64,000 nucleotides of DNA from Salpingoeca rosetta (Eukaryota; Protista; Choanoflagellata): contig JAWQFM010000007.1 in NCBI GenBank assembly GCA_033442325.1, positions 69,007 to 133,006 of the forward strand, given 5' to 3'. The notes beneath the pieces are model-generated. The model had not been told where the DNA came from, made no database searches, and saw only the letters and a program-made list of their open reading frames with translations. Each line of letters opens with the position of its first letter. The stretch's first letter is position 1. A program made the translations under genes and the position numbers. This document shows positions 1 through 12,819 of this stretch, piece by piece.

Positions 1-1599
1 GAGGCGCAAACACAATCACGCCGCATTGAGGACGATTATCAAGAGGTGTGTGTTAATGCAGCCAGCGTCCTCGCTCTGCTTGATCTCATTCAGTCATTGC
101 CAAAGTGGCTGCCGTCCATATCTTGCATACATCTGCAGACACACACACACACGCGCACAAATACGGACATACGCGAAATTGCACACACATACACACTCAC
201 ACACACACACACACACGCATGCACCACGTGTGCACATAACCTCCATTGCTTGCTGGCTTGCTGCAGATTGTTGGGTTGCTGGAGGCCGAGGTGGCGCACC
301 TGCGCGCCCAATTGCAGAGCAGTCCAGACAAGAAGGACGCGACGCTCGCTGCCCTGCGCCAACGCGTGCTCGTGCTTGGTGTGCAGCTCAATAAGGCCGT
401 TGCTGCAAAGAACACTGTCCAGTCCGCCTGCGACACCCTTCGCGAATTCATCGACGTGCGTTTGTGTCTGTGTCTGTATGTATGTATGTATGTATGTATG
501 TATGTATGTATGTATGTATGTATGTATGTATGTATGTATGTATGTATGTATGTATGTATGTATGTGTGTATGTATGTATGTATGTATGTATGTGTGTGTA
601 TGTATGTATGTATGTATGTATGTATGTATGTATGTATGTATGTATGTATGTATGTATGTATGTATGTATGTATGTGTGTGTGTGTTTGTGTGGCTCAGCC
701 ACTGCCGATGCAAGCACCAAATTGCTGCCGGCAAACAACACACCGCACTTGCTTTTTTTGCTCACCCACCATCGTCCACCCACGCTCCTACTCCCCTGCA
801 CGCATGGCGCCACCACCACAGAGGGTCCATCGGCGGCTGAGCGTGGCCGGCACCCAGAAACTGTCTGCCGACCGCAGCCTTGCTGTGCGTGAGGACGGCA
901 CGTTGCTTCACCGCCCGTCCGAGGGGCCCCTGCCACCTGCTGCGCCATGGGCTGCTGGCGACTTCTGCCTCGCCCCTTGCTCCCTGCACAACGGCCAGCT
1001 GCGCCCAGCCGTGATTGAGGCGATTGCTCTGACCGGCGAGGTGGCCCAGGTCAGGTACCAGGAGTACGACGACGTACCTGTTGTGGAGACCGTCTCCGTT
1101 GCACACCTCCGCCCCCTGGAACAGCAGCGCCACTTTGTCGTGCATTCTGCCCGCGACGGTGACTTGGCCCGTCGGTCTGTGCGTCGCGCAGGCCCAGGCG
1201 GTGCTGGTGGTGATGCGATAGTGCGTGGTGAGACGACGTTTCTCTCGCCAACAGAGAAGATGATTCTCGAAGATTGTGAAGAGACAAGCAGACGCGTCAC
1301 CACCATCTTGGAGAAGCAGCGTACGTACACCTGTGTGGTTGTCTACCTTCGACTTTGTGTATGTGTATGTGTGTGTGTCTGTGTTTGTGTTTGTGTGTAT
1401 GTGTGTGTGTGTGTGGGTGTGCGTGTGTTTTGGGGGTTTACTGCTGTTGGTATTCACGTCGGCCACCCTCTCACCCCTTTACCCTGGCTTGCACGTCCAT
1501 GTTCCATAACGTGCAGCGCTCCCGTTTGGTTGGGAGGAGGCATACACGGCTTCAGGAGTCAAGTATTACATCAAGTAAGTGCAGGCGCCACTCTCGCTG

Positions 1600-1655
<56 letters not shown>

Positions 1656-1869
1656 TTGTGTGTTACTGCTGCTCTGTGAGTGTCACGCATACACACACAC
1701 ACACACAAGTATACACGCGCATTTGCACACTAACGCACTCACTCGCTCACACCTTCTCATGTGCACTTGTATCTGCTCCGCCAGTCACGCGACCCAGACA
1801 ACGCAGTGGACGCACCCGGCATCAAACGCAGTGGACCAGCTGGTGCAACAGCCATCAGCCGCACTTTGA
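1..1869 (+). CDS. STXBP4: STXBP4/Synip-like protein, 3' part (coiled coil + Tudor-like domain + C-terminal WW); 5' end lies outside the window
   Basis: Phase-consistent exons 1-45, 267-455, 822-1320, 1517-1574, 1785-1869. Coiled coil 'RRIEDDYQEIVGLLEAEVAHLRAQL...LRQRVLVLGVQLNKAVAAKNT' and terminal WW '[30 protein letters not shown]' closely resemble the STXBP4 coiled coil and WW as recalled ([30 protein letters not shown]). Confidence 0.75.
476..674 (+). repeat. (TATG)n tetranucleotide microsatellite in an intron
   Basis: About 200 bp of nearly pure tatg repeats, directly visible. Confidence 0.95.
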
Positions 1870-2143
1870 AGCGACACATCTCAAAATCAACGCCTTTATT
1901 TGCTTTTTCTCACGTTGATGGCATGGCATGACATGATAGATAAAGCAAGACAACCAGACAAGCGCATGTGGTATCAACATCACAGACAAACAATAAAACG
2001 AAGCAGAAAGCGATTCATGAATGTGAGTGCGTGTGTGTGCGTGTGAGTGCATGTGTGCGTGTGAGTGCGTGCGTGTGTGTGTGATTGTGTGATTGTGTGA
2101 TTGTGTGAGTGTATGTGTGTATGCGTTGTTCGTGAGTTGCACA

Positions 2144-3754
2144 TCAAACACAAGCCTCAGCGTCAGTAGTGGCGATGGCGTCGCTGTCTTTGGCATCTTC
2201 AAAGCTCTCAGGCTCGACGGCGCTGGTGCCATCCTCCTTGTCGTGGTCGATGGCCTCCTCTGTGCCTTCTTCGTTGCCACCATCGGTTGTTTCCTTGCTG
2301 TTGTTGACGTCGGTAGCGGTGTCGTTGATGTCAGGGATGATGGTGGCATCTTCATCACCCTCCTCCTCCTCCTTCTCCTCCTCCACGGCAGCGGTACCAT
2401 CCTTCGTGCCGTCGTCCTCTCCGCCATTGGCTGCTTCCTCGGCACCGTGCTCGTCGTCCTTGCTGTTGTCGACGTCGGTAGCGGTGTCGTTGATGTCAGG
2501 AATGATGGTGGCGTCTTCATCACCCTCCTCCTCCTCCTTCTCCTCCTCCACGGCAGCGGTACCATCCTTCGTGCCGTCGTCCTCTCCGCCATTGACTGCT
2601 TCCTCGGCACCGTGCTCGTCGTCCTTGCTGCTGTCGACGTCGGTAGCGGTGGCGGTGTTGTTGATGTCGTCTTCGTCGTCAAAGGTCTCCATCTCAATCA
2701 TGACGTCGTCCGCACGGGTCAGGGCAAAGTCAAAGTCGGCCACGGTCAGGAGCTCAGGCTCTGCAGTGTCAGCGCAGCTGGCGCCCTTGGTGCATGCGTC
2801 CACTGCGTCGACGACGTGCGCGCTGGATGCTGCTTTGGCGCTCCCCTCAGCACAGCGGTCATCTTCAGCATCATTGACCACCTTCTGCTGTTGCTGTTGC
2901 TGCTGCTGTCGCTGCGTCTTGCTCTGCTTCTTCTTCTTCTTCCTGGCCCTCTGCTCCTTCAGCTTGCGCCGATCTTCTTCCTCCCACTCTTTCAGCTCAC
3001 GCATCTTCTGTTGCTGCCACTCCCGAATCTCCTGGTACGACTCATCCACCTCCTGGCGCAGCCGCTCTTCGCGTAGCTCAAGCTCCTCGATGAACGCTTG
3101 TCGCTTGAATCGCGGAGTCTCCCAGAACGTGTCGGCCATGAAGAAGTAATACTCGCCATTCCCCGTGGCTTGGCTCCAGTAGCGGTGGGCTCGGTTGTAC
3201 CACCGAATTGCCTTCTTGACGTACCCCCGGTACTTGAGCTGGGAGTAGAGGCAGCGCGCCAGCTCGAAGAGAAACATGTTGTGCCTGAATCTGAACACCT
3301 TCGCCTCCTCCTCACCGCCCAGGAGCTCCTTCAGCTCCGCCATCGATTCAAGAGGATCCACGTAGCCATAGAACCTCTTCCACTTCCGCTTGTAGTGTTC
3401 CTCTTCAACAAGGTAGCTCTCCACAGCCCAGGCCATCGAGATATACTCCAGCTCTCTCCGCAGCTCGAACATTGTGATGTGACCGTAATCCGTGTTCCAC
3501 CATATCTTCTCCAGCTGCTTGATGTGCTTCAGCTCGATCCACACGGGCAGCACGGGGTGGTGTCCGTGGCTGTACTTGATGAATTTCACCCTGAGCTGTC
3601 GGCGCACCTGCCGCACGTCGCCTCTGCGGAAGGCGTCTTTCGTCGCGGGCCAGTCCACATCAACAGTGTTGTCGCCGAGCAAGCACGCCGGCAGCAACCC
3701 GATCCGGTACTTGCGGTATGCCCGCACCTTCCGGTGATACTCTCTCTCGCTCAT
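2144..3754 (-). CDS. Intronless hypothetical protein (536 aa): aromatic/helical N-terminal domain, coiled coil with basic patch, acidic repetitive tail
   Basis: Uninterrupted ATG-to-stop ORF with GC-rich third positions and no microsatellites. No family recognised. Confidence 0.7.
   Translation of the reverse strand: MSEREYHRKVRAYRKYRIGLLPACLLGDNTVDVDWPATKDAFRRGDVRQVRRQLRVKFIKYSHGHHPVLPVWIELKHIKQLEKIWWNTDYGHITMFELRRELEYISMAWAVESYLVEEEHYKRKWKRFYGYVDPLESMAELKELLGGEEEAKVFRFRHNMFLFELARCLYSQLKYRGYVKKAIRWYNRAHRYWSQATGNGEYYFFMADTFWETPRFKRQAFIEELELREERLRQEVDESYQEIREWQQQKMRELKEWEEEDRRKLKEQRARKKKKKQSKTQRQQQQQQQQKVVNDAEDDRCAEGSAKAASSAHVVDAVDACTKGASCADTAEPELLTVADFDFALTRADDVMIEMETFDDEDDINNTATATDVDSSKDDEHGAEEAVNGGEDDGTKDGTAAVEEEKEEEEGDEDATIIPDINDTATDVDNSKDDEHGAEEAANGGEDDGTKDGTAAVEEEKEEEEGDEDATIIPDINDTATDVNNSKETTDGGNEEGTEEAIDHDKEDGTSAVEPESFEDAKDSDAIATTDAEACV
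2293..2650 (-). repeat. 165-bp (55-aa) tandem repeat, about 2.2 copies, inside the orphan ORF
   Basis: 'gacgtcggtagcggt' recurs at 2306, 2471 and 2636 (period 165). Unit TATDVD(S/N)SKDDEHGAEEA(V/A)NGGEDDGTKDGTAAVEEEKEEEEGDEDATIIPDIND. Confidence 0.92.
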
Positions 3755-3995
3755 CTCGTGTTGAGCAGGGGTAAGAAGAACGAAAGCTGGGGTCGTTGAG
3801 GGTTGAAGAGGAAGAGGAAGAGGAGTGCTGGAGTGGTGTGCGCGTGCGTGTGTGCGTGCGTGTGTGTGTGTGCGATAGAGGGTGGAAAGAGAAGAGGAAC
3901 AGGAAGAAGGATGGCGTGTGCGTGAGGTTAAGAAGAAGGGGAAAGGAAAGAGGTGGTGGTGGTGGTGGTGGTGGTGGTGGTGATGGTGTGTGTAT

Positions 3996-4061
<66 letters not shown>

Positions 4062-4824
4062 NNNNNNNNNNNNNNNNNNNNNNNNNNNNNNNNNNNNNNN
4101 NNNNNNNNNNNNNNNNNNNNNNNNNNNNNNNNNNNNNNNNNNNNNNNNNNNNNNNNNNNNNNNNNNNNNNNNNNNNNNNNNNNNNNNNNNNNNNNNNNNN
4201 NNNNNNNNNNNNNNNNNNNNNNNNNNNNNNNNNNNNNNNNNNNNNNNNNNNNNNNNNNNNNNNNNNNNNNNNNNNNNNNNNNNNNNNNNNNNNNNNNNNN
4301 NNNNNNNNNNNNNNNNNNNNNNNNNNNNNNNNNNNNNNNNNNNNNNNNNNNNNNNNNNNNNNNNNNNNNNNNNNNNNNNNNNNNNNNNNNNNNNNNNNNN
4401 NNNNNNNNNNNNNNNNNNNNNNNNNNNNNNNNNNNNNNNNNNNNNNNNNNNNNNNNNNNNNNNNNNNNNNNNNNNNNNNNNNNNNNNNNNNNNNNNNNNN
4501 NNNNNNNNNNNNNNNNNNNNNNNNNNNNNNNNNNNNNNNNNNNNNNNNNNNNNNNNNNNNNNNNNNNNNNNNNNNNNNNNNNNNNNNNNNNNNNNNNNNN
4601 NNNNNNNNNNNNNNNNNNNNNNNNNNNNNNNNNNNNNNNNNNNNNNNNNNNNNNNNNNNNNNNNNNNNNNNNNNNNNNNNNNNNNNNNNNNNNNNNNNNN
4701 NNNNNNNNNNNNNNNNNNNNNNNNNNNNNNNNNNNNNNNNNNNNNNNNNNNNNNNNNNNNNNNNNNNNNNNNNNNNNNNNNNNNNNNNNNNNNNNNNNNN
4801 NNNNNNNNNNNNNNNNNNNNNNNN
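4062..4824. other. Assembly gap (N run) flanked by (GT)n and poly-G
   Basis: Run of N bases. Confidence 1.
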
Positions 4825-4849
4825 GGGGGGGGGGGGGAGAAGTGTGTGT

Positions 4850-4977
4850 TCACTTTGATCCTGTGCTCAGGAAGACGGCGACGGCGCAGGCGAAGAGCGT
4901 GGAGATGCCGTAGTTGAAGACGCCCCCAAAGCCCTGGAACATGTAGAAGCTCGACAGCACCAGCACAAAGTAGAACA
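4850..4977 (-). CDS. SSR3: Isolated terminal exon of translocon-associated protein gamma (TRAP-gamma)
   Basis: CAG acceptor, then FYFVLVLSSFYMFQGFGGVFNYGISTLFACAVAVFLSTGSK-stop with GC-rich third positions. Aligns without gaps to the recalled SSR3 C-terminus ([41 protein letters not shown]). Upstream exons are not in the window. Confidence 0.75.
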
Positions 4978-5008
4978 CTGCACACGCATCGGGCATGTTG
5001 CGGGAGAA

Positions 5009-5082
<74 letters not shown>

Positions 5083-5140
5083 TGTGTTTTCAAGCCGCAA
5101 TCGTGTGACGTGTTGTATGCACCTCTGCGCCCCAACCAAC

Positions 5141-5264
5141 CTGCGCAGTTCGTTGAAGCTGCTGTGTTCACTGTATGGGATCCCTGTTGCCGAGAGGCGG
5201 TGGAATACAAAAGCAAAGTCAGAGTCAGCGCCAATGCAGCAAGTCAAAACACTCCCCCAACGCA

Positions 5265-5342
<78 letters not shown>

Positions 5343-5690
5343 AGCAGCAACGCATCAACGTACCGTAGACGGTGATATTCCGCTTTGTCTTTGGTTTGAT
5401 GAACGAGAGTGCGGGGAGCTTCTGGGAATGGGTCCACCCCGTTGGCCGAAAGCCAAGCACGTGCTCAAACCGCTTGCGGAAGCCGTATCCCTCACGGTAG
5501 TAGCGCGCGAGGTTCTGAGAATCAAAGGGAAGTTTGGGATGGCATGATTAGGTTGATCGGAAGCAACGGCTATCACAGACAGACAGACAGACAGGCACAC
5601 ACACACACACACAGACAGACACAGACATCGACAGACAGACACAGACACAGACAGACAGACACACCCACAGACAGACACAGACACAGACAA

Positions 5691-5729
<39 letters not shown>

Positions 5730-7054
5730 GACACCGACACCGACACCGAAGACAGACAGAGACAGAGACAGAGACACAGACACAGACACACAAAAACAGA
5801 CAGACATGGACACAGGCACGCGAGCGCACATCAAGGTTGACGGTTGACATGGAAGTGACATGCACTTGGGCCTCGAGTGGGTTATCTGTTAGCACTTCGT
5901 TCAGGGCATCGTCCTGCAAACAGCCAAATATCTGGCGGCGCAGGCACGCGCGTGGTGCGTGGACGTACATGAGGTATCGGAGAGCGGTGTGGTCGATGTT
6001 CTGTCACAACAACACACACACACACACATATCCACAGACACAGACACACACACACACGCACACACTGACCTGCTGCTTGCGTGTGCTTGCATACACGCGG
6101 CATCCAAGAGCACGCGCAATGGACAGGAACACCTTTTCTTTGCCAATTGTGTATGAGCCCACCACAACCAACAGGTGCCTGCCAAACGCATGCGTGCGCG
6201 CACGTGCGTGTGTGAGAGTGCATGAGAAAGAAAAGTGTGCGTTGGAGTGTATGTGGGAGTGTGTGCATGTAAGTGAGTGAGTGTCACACATGTGTGAGAT
6301 GACAACGGCTGCATGCGCGTGGCGAGCACACGCACACGTGCATGACATGCATGGACTTACGGGTGGCGTTTGAGGTACTTGATGGCAAGGTTTGCCACAA
6401 AGTTGAGAACCGCATACTGCGATGGAAACGTGTAGCGCGGGTCACAGTACGTCTGAAAATAACACAAGCAACACGTACGACGCGGTTCGATGTGATCAAA
6501 CGCGTGCCAGTGTTCAAATGGTTGCCACACAGCAACATGCAACATGTGCTCGCGTGCAATGGCACAGGGGTGGGTTGGCAACAACAGCGGGTGTGCGCAT
6601 CGTACCGTGTCGAGATAGACGGTGTGTATGCGTTTGCCAGCGATGGAGGTGTGTTGCCAGATTGCCTCGCACGCGCGGAAATCGCCCGTATGCACGTGGC
6701 GGCGCCCTGCAGCGTTACAGCAACACAAGCACAAACGCCGCCGTCAAGGCAGGCGTGCACATGCTTGTTTGTTTGAGCATGCTGTGTGCTTGTGTGTGTG
6801 TGTGTGTGTGTGTGTGTGATTGGTGAACGAAAGCCTAACCTGACGGGAGTGTGAAGACGATCACGGCGGCGCCAGGGCAGTGGTTTGCGTCAATCAATTC
6901 CACAGTAACTCCTTGCACCTGGTATTTAGTAAAGAAGGGCAGCCATGTGATCTGATGCAACGCACACACACATACACACACAGACACACATACACCGACA
7001 CACACACACACACAGACACAGAGACACACACAGACACAGAGACACACACGCGCA

Positions 7055-7086
<32 letters not shown>

Positions 7087-7101
7087 AGCACGCGATAGCA
7101 G

Positions 7102-7183
<82 letters not shown>

Positions 7184-7515
7184 ACACACAGGTGCACACA
7201 GAGCGCACCTTGACTGGAGTGTTCATTGGAAGCGGGTTGAGTTTCTCTGGCGGAACGCGAAGAAGAAGTGTGCACAGACGCGCCGTCGCCTCGCTGTTGG
7301 TGGTCGGGCGAAAGAGAGCGAGAGAGAGAGAGAGGGGGGGGGGTGCATGTGCATTCGGAGCATGTTTACGTGAGGTGACACAAGGGAGGCGTGTATGTCA
7401 TCTGCTGGCGCACATGCACAAAGCATACATACACAAAGTCACAGACACAGACACAGACACAGACACAGACAAGCGCACACAGACACAGACACAGACACAG
7501 ACACAGACACAGACA

Positions 7516-7561
<46 letters not shown>

Positions 7562-7566
7562 TGCAC

Positions 7567-7597
<31 letters not shown>

Positions 7598-9166
7598 CAC
7601 ACACACACAGACACACACACGTACCTGCAATAGACTTTTGCGGGAAAAGACTTGGTGAGCCCCGTGTAGTGGTCGGCGTGGAAGTGGGACAGGAAGTACG
7701 CTGTGGCCAAACGACATCGCAAGGGAGGATTACAGAGATGAGCTAGTCGACAAAATGGGGGTCGAGGCCGTCAAGTGATGTGGTGAGTAAGGTGTGGCAA
7801 CAACGAGGGGAAACAAGCATGCAAGGAGGGACTGGCGAGAGTGGATGTGCTCTCAATGACGGTGGGCACCTGTGCAGTTGGGGATTGCTCCGTAGCTGAA
7901 CGCGTCCACTGTGAATGTAGGGCCATGGTCACAACGTGTGAGCATGACGTGTAAGAGCATGGATGCGACCACATGTACACAGACACACACACAGACACAC
8001 ACACAGACACACCCACCCACACACCAACCTGTGAACGAAGTATCCTTGACCCACTTGTAGAAAGGGCACTGCCGCAGACGACGCGGTAGCCCATGAGTGC
8101 TGGCGTCGCTGCCGCTTTCCTTACTCGACCCCCTACGCATAAGTGGCTGCTGTGCCTCCCGCTTTGATGCTCGCATCAGCACATCAAATGCGTTCGCCCT
8201 GCCCGCGGTGTTTGTGTGCGGTTTCACCGGAGCTGCACCAGTAGCGCCTGCTGTTGGCGCTGAGGATGACGATGATGCCGACAGCGACGACGCCGACGTC
8301 TTGGGATGCTTGCGTCTTGGGCTGTTGGCTCCCCTCTCGTGCCGCTCGTTGTTGACGACTGGGGTGGTGGCGATGGCGCTGGTGCTCGGCTCTGCCTCAG
8401 ATGTTATCACGGGAGAGGCCATGCGGTGGGTGGAAACGCCATCGGCTGCGCCTTCAGCTGTTGCAGCGTGTATGTGCCACACTTGCTCGAGCGCTGCCAC
8501 CGTGGCCTCCACATCATTGTCGCTCGCATCGCTGCCGGCGCGCTGACGTTGATGGTGCATGCTGAAGCAGCTACTCATGGTGGAATCACGTACAGGCAAG
8601 ATGGGCCCTTGACGGTCCCAATGCCTGAGTTGTTGCTGTTGCTGTGTGTACTGTTGCTGTTGCTGTGTGTACTGTTGCTGTTGCTGTATGTACTGTAGCT
8701 GTTGCGCCTCATCGGTGTCATCATCGTCATCGGTGTCAATGTCATCGTCATCGTCAATGACGATGACATTTGATGCATCGGTGGTATCCGTAGACTCTTC
8801 TCCTTCGCATGAACGGCTCAAAGTCTGAACGGCATCGCCACTACCACCATGACTCTCGTCGTTCTCCCCTCCTTCCTCTTCCTCCTGTAGCGATGGGTCA
8901 CTGTGCTCCCGATCCACAGCAGTGTCCTTCGCCTGCATGTGATTGGGTGCACGCGTGCACTGCGTCAGCACCAACATGAAGTCGTCATCGCTGTCGCGGT
9001 CATCGTGTGCAAGCTGCCGCCGCTGCTGTTGCTGCTGCATGTCCTGCATGCATGCGTCTATCCCCCCCAGTTCTCCGCCAACATCGTTGTCGACGTCGCT
9101 GTCGTCACCATCATCGTCATCAAACAAGACAGGACTCCCGCATTCCCCACCAATCAAGCTTTCCAT
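5141..9166 (-). CDS. DCLRE1A: SNM1A/PSO2 DNA interstrand crosslink repair nuclease (metallo-beta-lactamase/beta-CASP); 3' end missing
   Basis: Spliced motifs [81 protein letters not shown]. Long acidic/disordered first exon (about 8030-9166). Confidence 0.9.
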
Positions 9167-9236
9167 CACCGTTGTTGTCGTGGATGTTTGCAAAGTGTGC
9201 GTTGTTGTTGTTCACTTGTTCAGTTGTTGTTGTGAT

Positions 9237-9268
<32 letters not shown>

Positions 9269-9492
9269 TGTGGATGTGTGTGTGTGTGTGTGTTTGCGTG
9301 ATGACATGGGATTCTCTAGAGTCGTGCAGTTGTCGTTTTGCTTCTAAGAGAGTAACGGGGTTGGTGTGTCGTGACATGACAAGACCAGGGCGTGTAACCA
9401 GAACAGAGAACGGGGGGTGCTCACGCACAAAGTTTGGCAGACTCGTGTGGTTCATGTTGTGTTGGGGCTGGTCATGCGGCTGGTCGCATCCA

Positions 9493-12271
9493 TCATGGCT
9501 GGTTGGTGAACACAATGTCCACCCGTGGCACGGCCTCGAACGGGCGCGTGTCTTCCACGTCAACCGTGAGCACGCCGAGCGGGTAGCGCGTGGTGCATTC
9601 TGGCAGCGTGACCGTCAGCGTGTGCTCCCCAGGCGGCAGACCGCCCAGCGGCACGTATGCTTTCGTCGTCGTCGCAGGAAACATGCCCACCAGTGCACCA
9701 TCGAGCGTGACTTTTGCCACGCAGCCAGATGCGTCCACACCAACCCCGCTCACCTGCGCCCACTCCACAGGCAGGGTGCCTCCAAGGGTGCTGTTGACGA
9801 CTGTGTGGTTCAGCGGCCGCGCCACCGCCAGCACCGTGCTCGTCGTGTCTGCGTGCGTGTACAGGGCGATGAGGGCGCGGAGGAGGTTGAGGTAGCGAAA
9901 TCCCCACCCGCCGCACCGCCGATTGTTTGGGCGGCGGTACGCGCACTCCGTGTAGCTGGTCGGCTCCATGTCGTTGCCCAGCGTCGCGTTGTAGATGTCC
10001 ACATACACAGACGTCGTGTTCTCCGCCTGCCCAGCAAACTCGTTCCACTGGTTGAACACGACCGTGCGGGGAGCGTCACCACGGCCACTGCGGTCGCGGC
10101 TGAGCAGCGAGGCAACCTCCTGCACGAGCGTGGCGCCCTGGCGCTTGCCCATGGCCTTGACGTCGAACCACCCGCCCGGTGGGAAGAAGGCGCACGTGGC
10201 GGTGGCGACCTCGCTGGCCGTCCTGAAGGGTTGGCGCACCACAACGGGGGACACCACGCCGTCCCTGTGGGCGAGAGGGTAGGAGGGAGTGTTTGCGTGT
10301 ATGTGTGTGTGTGTATGCGCGCGCGCGCGTGTGTGTGCGTGTGTGTGTGTATGAGCGAGTACGTAGGTTGAAGAGATTGTACATCTCGCACACCACCACC
10401 ATCCATCATCGCAAACCACTTACATCCAGCTCCAGTAGCCGCGGGTGGCAAGGCCGGGTGCAGTCTGCAGTTGCGAGGCCATCAGGCGAAGCGTCCAGTT
10501 GCCCACGGAGAGCGGGTTTGTTGGCGAGTACATGCCACCCCCATCTGAACACGCATGCACACATGTAAGTGAACATGTGAGTGTGTGAGTGTGAGTGTGA
10601 GGGTGTGTATGTGTGTATGTGAGTGTGTGTGAGCGTGTGTGGATGTGAGTGTGTGTGTGTCTCTCTCTCTGCGTTCACATAACAACGATGCGAGCCAACA
10701 CCAAGCTACCAAACATCAACGCCACGGTACACGGCACATGGGTGCGCGCACCAAAGACAATGAGCAGCGGCTTGCCCTCATATATGAACATGAGATCTCG
10801 GTACTTGGGCAGATATTCTTCCGTGATCCAGTCCACCTCCTCCTGTGCAGCGACAAGCGAGAGGGGGAAAGATGGATTGGGTTTGGGTTTGGGTCGGTTT
10901 AGGTCGGGTTTGGTTTGATCACGACATGAGGTGACAGGGCGTACGGTCAAACGGGGGGGGGGGAGTGGGGACTTGCGGACATGTGACAGCTAGTGAATGG
11001 AAACATGACATTGACGGGCGTGCACAACGACGAGTACGTTAACACACACACACAGAGACACAGAGAGAACACACACACACACACACACAGATGAGGGGGC
11101 AGACCTGTAGGCATGAGAGGGGTTCTGCTGGGCCGTTATCAAGGCCGAGCAAGAGAACAACATCGGGTGTGCTCATGCCGGCTGCGCGCATTGCACTGTA
11201 CGTCTATGATTGCAACCGTGAGCATGGTATGCGATGTTGCATGCATGTGAGAAAGAGAGGGGACAGCCAAACAAGCGGCAGAAACGGTAGGTGGGAGATA
11301 GAATTAACAGGGGAAGCAACACCAGCGTTGGCTACAGAGTGGATGCACACTCACCTCCAGTGTGAATGTCGTGGCATTGATGAGTTCCTGTGCATACACG
11401 CCTCGCTCCGACCAGTGCTGCAAAGATACAGCAATGTCAAGCCACCACCGTGATCATGAGAGCAGCGAAAACATGGGGAAACACACACAAACACCACAGG
11501 AACACAAGCGTATGCGCACAGATACATGCGCACACAGAGACAGAGACACAGGCACACGCAGATACGCACACACAGAGACAGAGACACACGCACACAGGCC
11601 CAGATGCAGATACAAACCCAGACACACACTCACACACACAGACACAGACACAGACAGACGCACACAGACAGACGCAGACACAGGCGAGCTTACGTTGATG
11701 TTCCAGAGGTTGTTGGTCCAGTCCACCATGATGTAGTCGATGCCAATGTCCACCATCCACATGGCGTGTTGCATGACAACGTTTGCGTCGAAACTGCTGT
11801 AGTATCCAAGCGTGGGTACAGCCTCCGCGAGTGTCCACTGGTCGTTGTGCAGCGTGAACCACGGCTCCCACTGCATGGCCGTGATGCGGTCGCTGCCCTT
11901 GGCTGGCGGGCGAAGGGTGCGCTCCTTCACGTCAACAGCGACAGTATTTGACTCCGTGAGTATCAAGTGCGCCGGGATCACCTTGCCGACAGGAAAAGGT
12001 TCCTTGTATGCGCCGGCAATGGTGGCCGTCACCCCAACCGCATTTGGGCCTGTGCGAGGATAGGGGCACCGGAACGATATGTTCTTGGGCGAGTCAGGCG
12101 ACAAGGTCATCTGTGCACACCACTGCAGGCTGTTCACCGTTGGCCACAGGGTCACTGACTCGTGTCCCATACCAGTCACCTGGGGGAAAAACAGTGCGCG
12201 AGTGAGTGAGTGTATGCGTGAGTGTATGCGTGAGTGTATGCGTGAGTGTGTGTGCGTGTGTGTATGTGTTG

Positions 12272-12306
<35 letters not shown>

Positions 12307-12566
12307 TGTGTGTGTATGTGTTGGTGTGTGTGAGTGTGTGTGTGTGTAAGTGTGTGTGTGAGTGCGCCAGCCAGGTGCGATTGCCACCCCTCCACACCAA
12401 CCTGAGCGGTGCATTCAAACGTGAAGCCTAGTTGGACAGGGGACGTGCATGTCAAGTTGATGTGTAGGGATGGTGCCCCATCAGAACCAGCATGTGGGTC
12501 CACAGCCGCACCATCACCCACCACCACCACCGCCGCTGTCACCACCACCAACGCCAGCACAAGCAT
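9493..12566 (-). CDS. Secreted glycoside hydrolase-like protein (GH99/GH71-like barrel with flanking beta-rich domains)
   Basis: Signal peptide [17 protein letters not shown]; motifs [21 protein letters not shown]...[28 protein letters not shown] across several GT-AG exons. Confidence 0.65.
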
Positions 12567-12665
12567 AACCAATGTCCCCGTTGTGTGTGATCTTCATCCA
12601 CTGGCTGGGCGAAAGTTTTATGAAGACGTTCACAAAATCTCCGGAAACGAGGCAAGGCAAATGCG

Positions 12666-12802
<137 letters not shown>

Positions 12803-12819
12803 GCGTCGTCGCCAATGGC

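Noticed and set aside
2293-2650. Regularly spaced repeats as a possible CRISPR array
   Set aside because: Whole 165-bp units are duplicated in frame within a CDS; no unique spacers, no cas genes, eukaryotic context.
3660-5234. Long ORFs spanning the N run
   Set aside because: Artefacts of the assembly gap.
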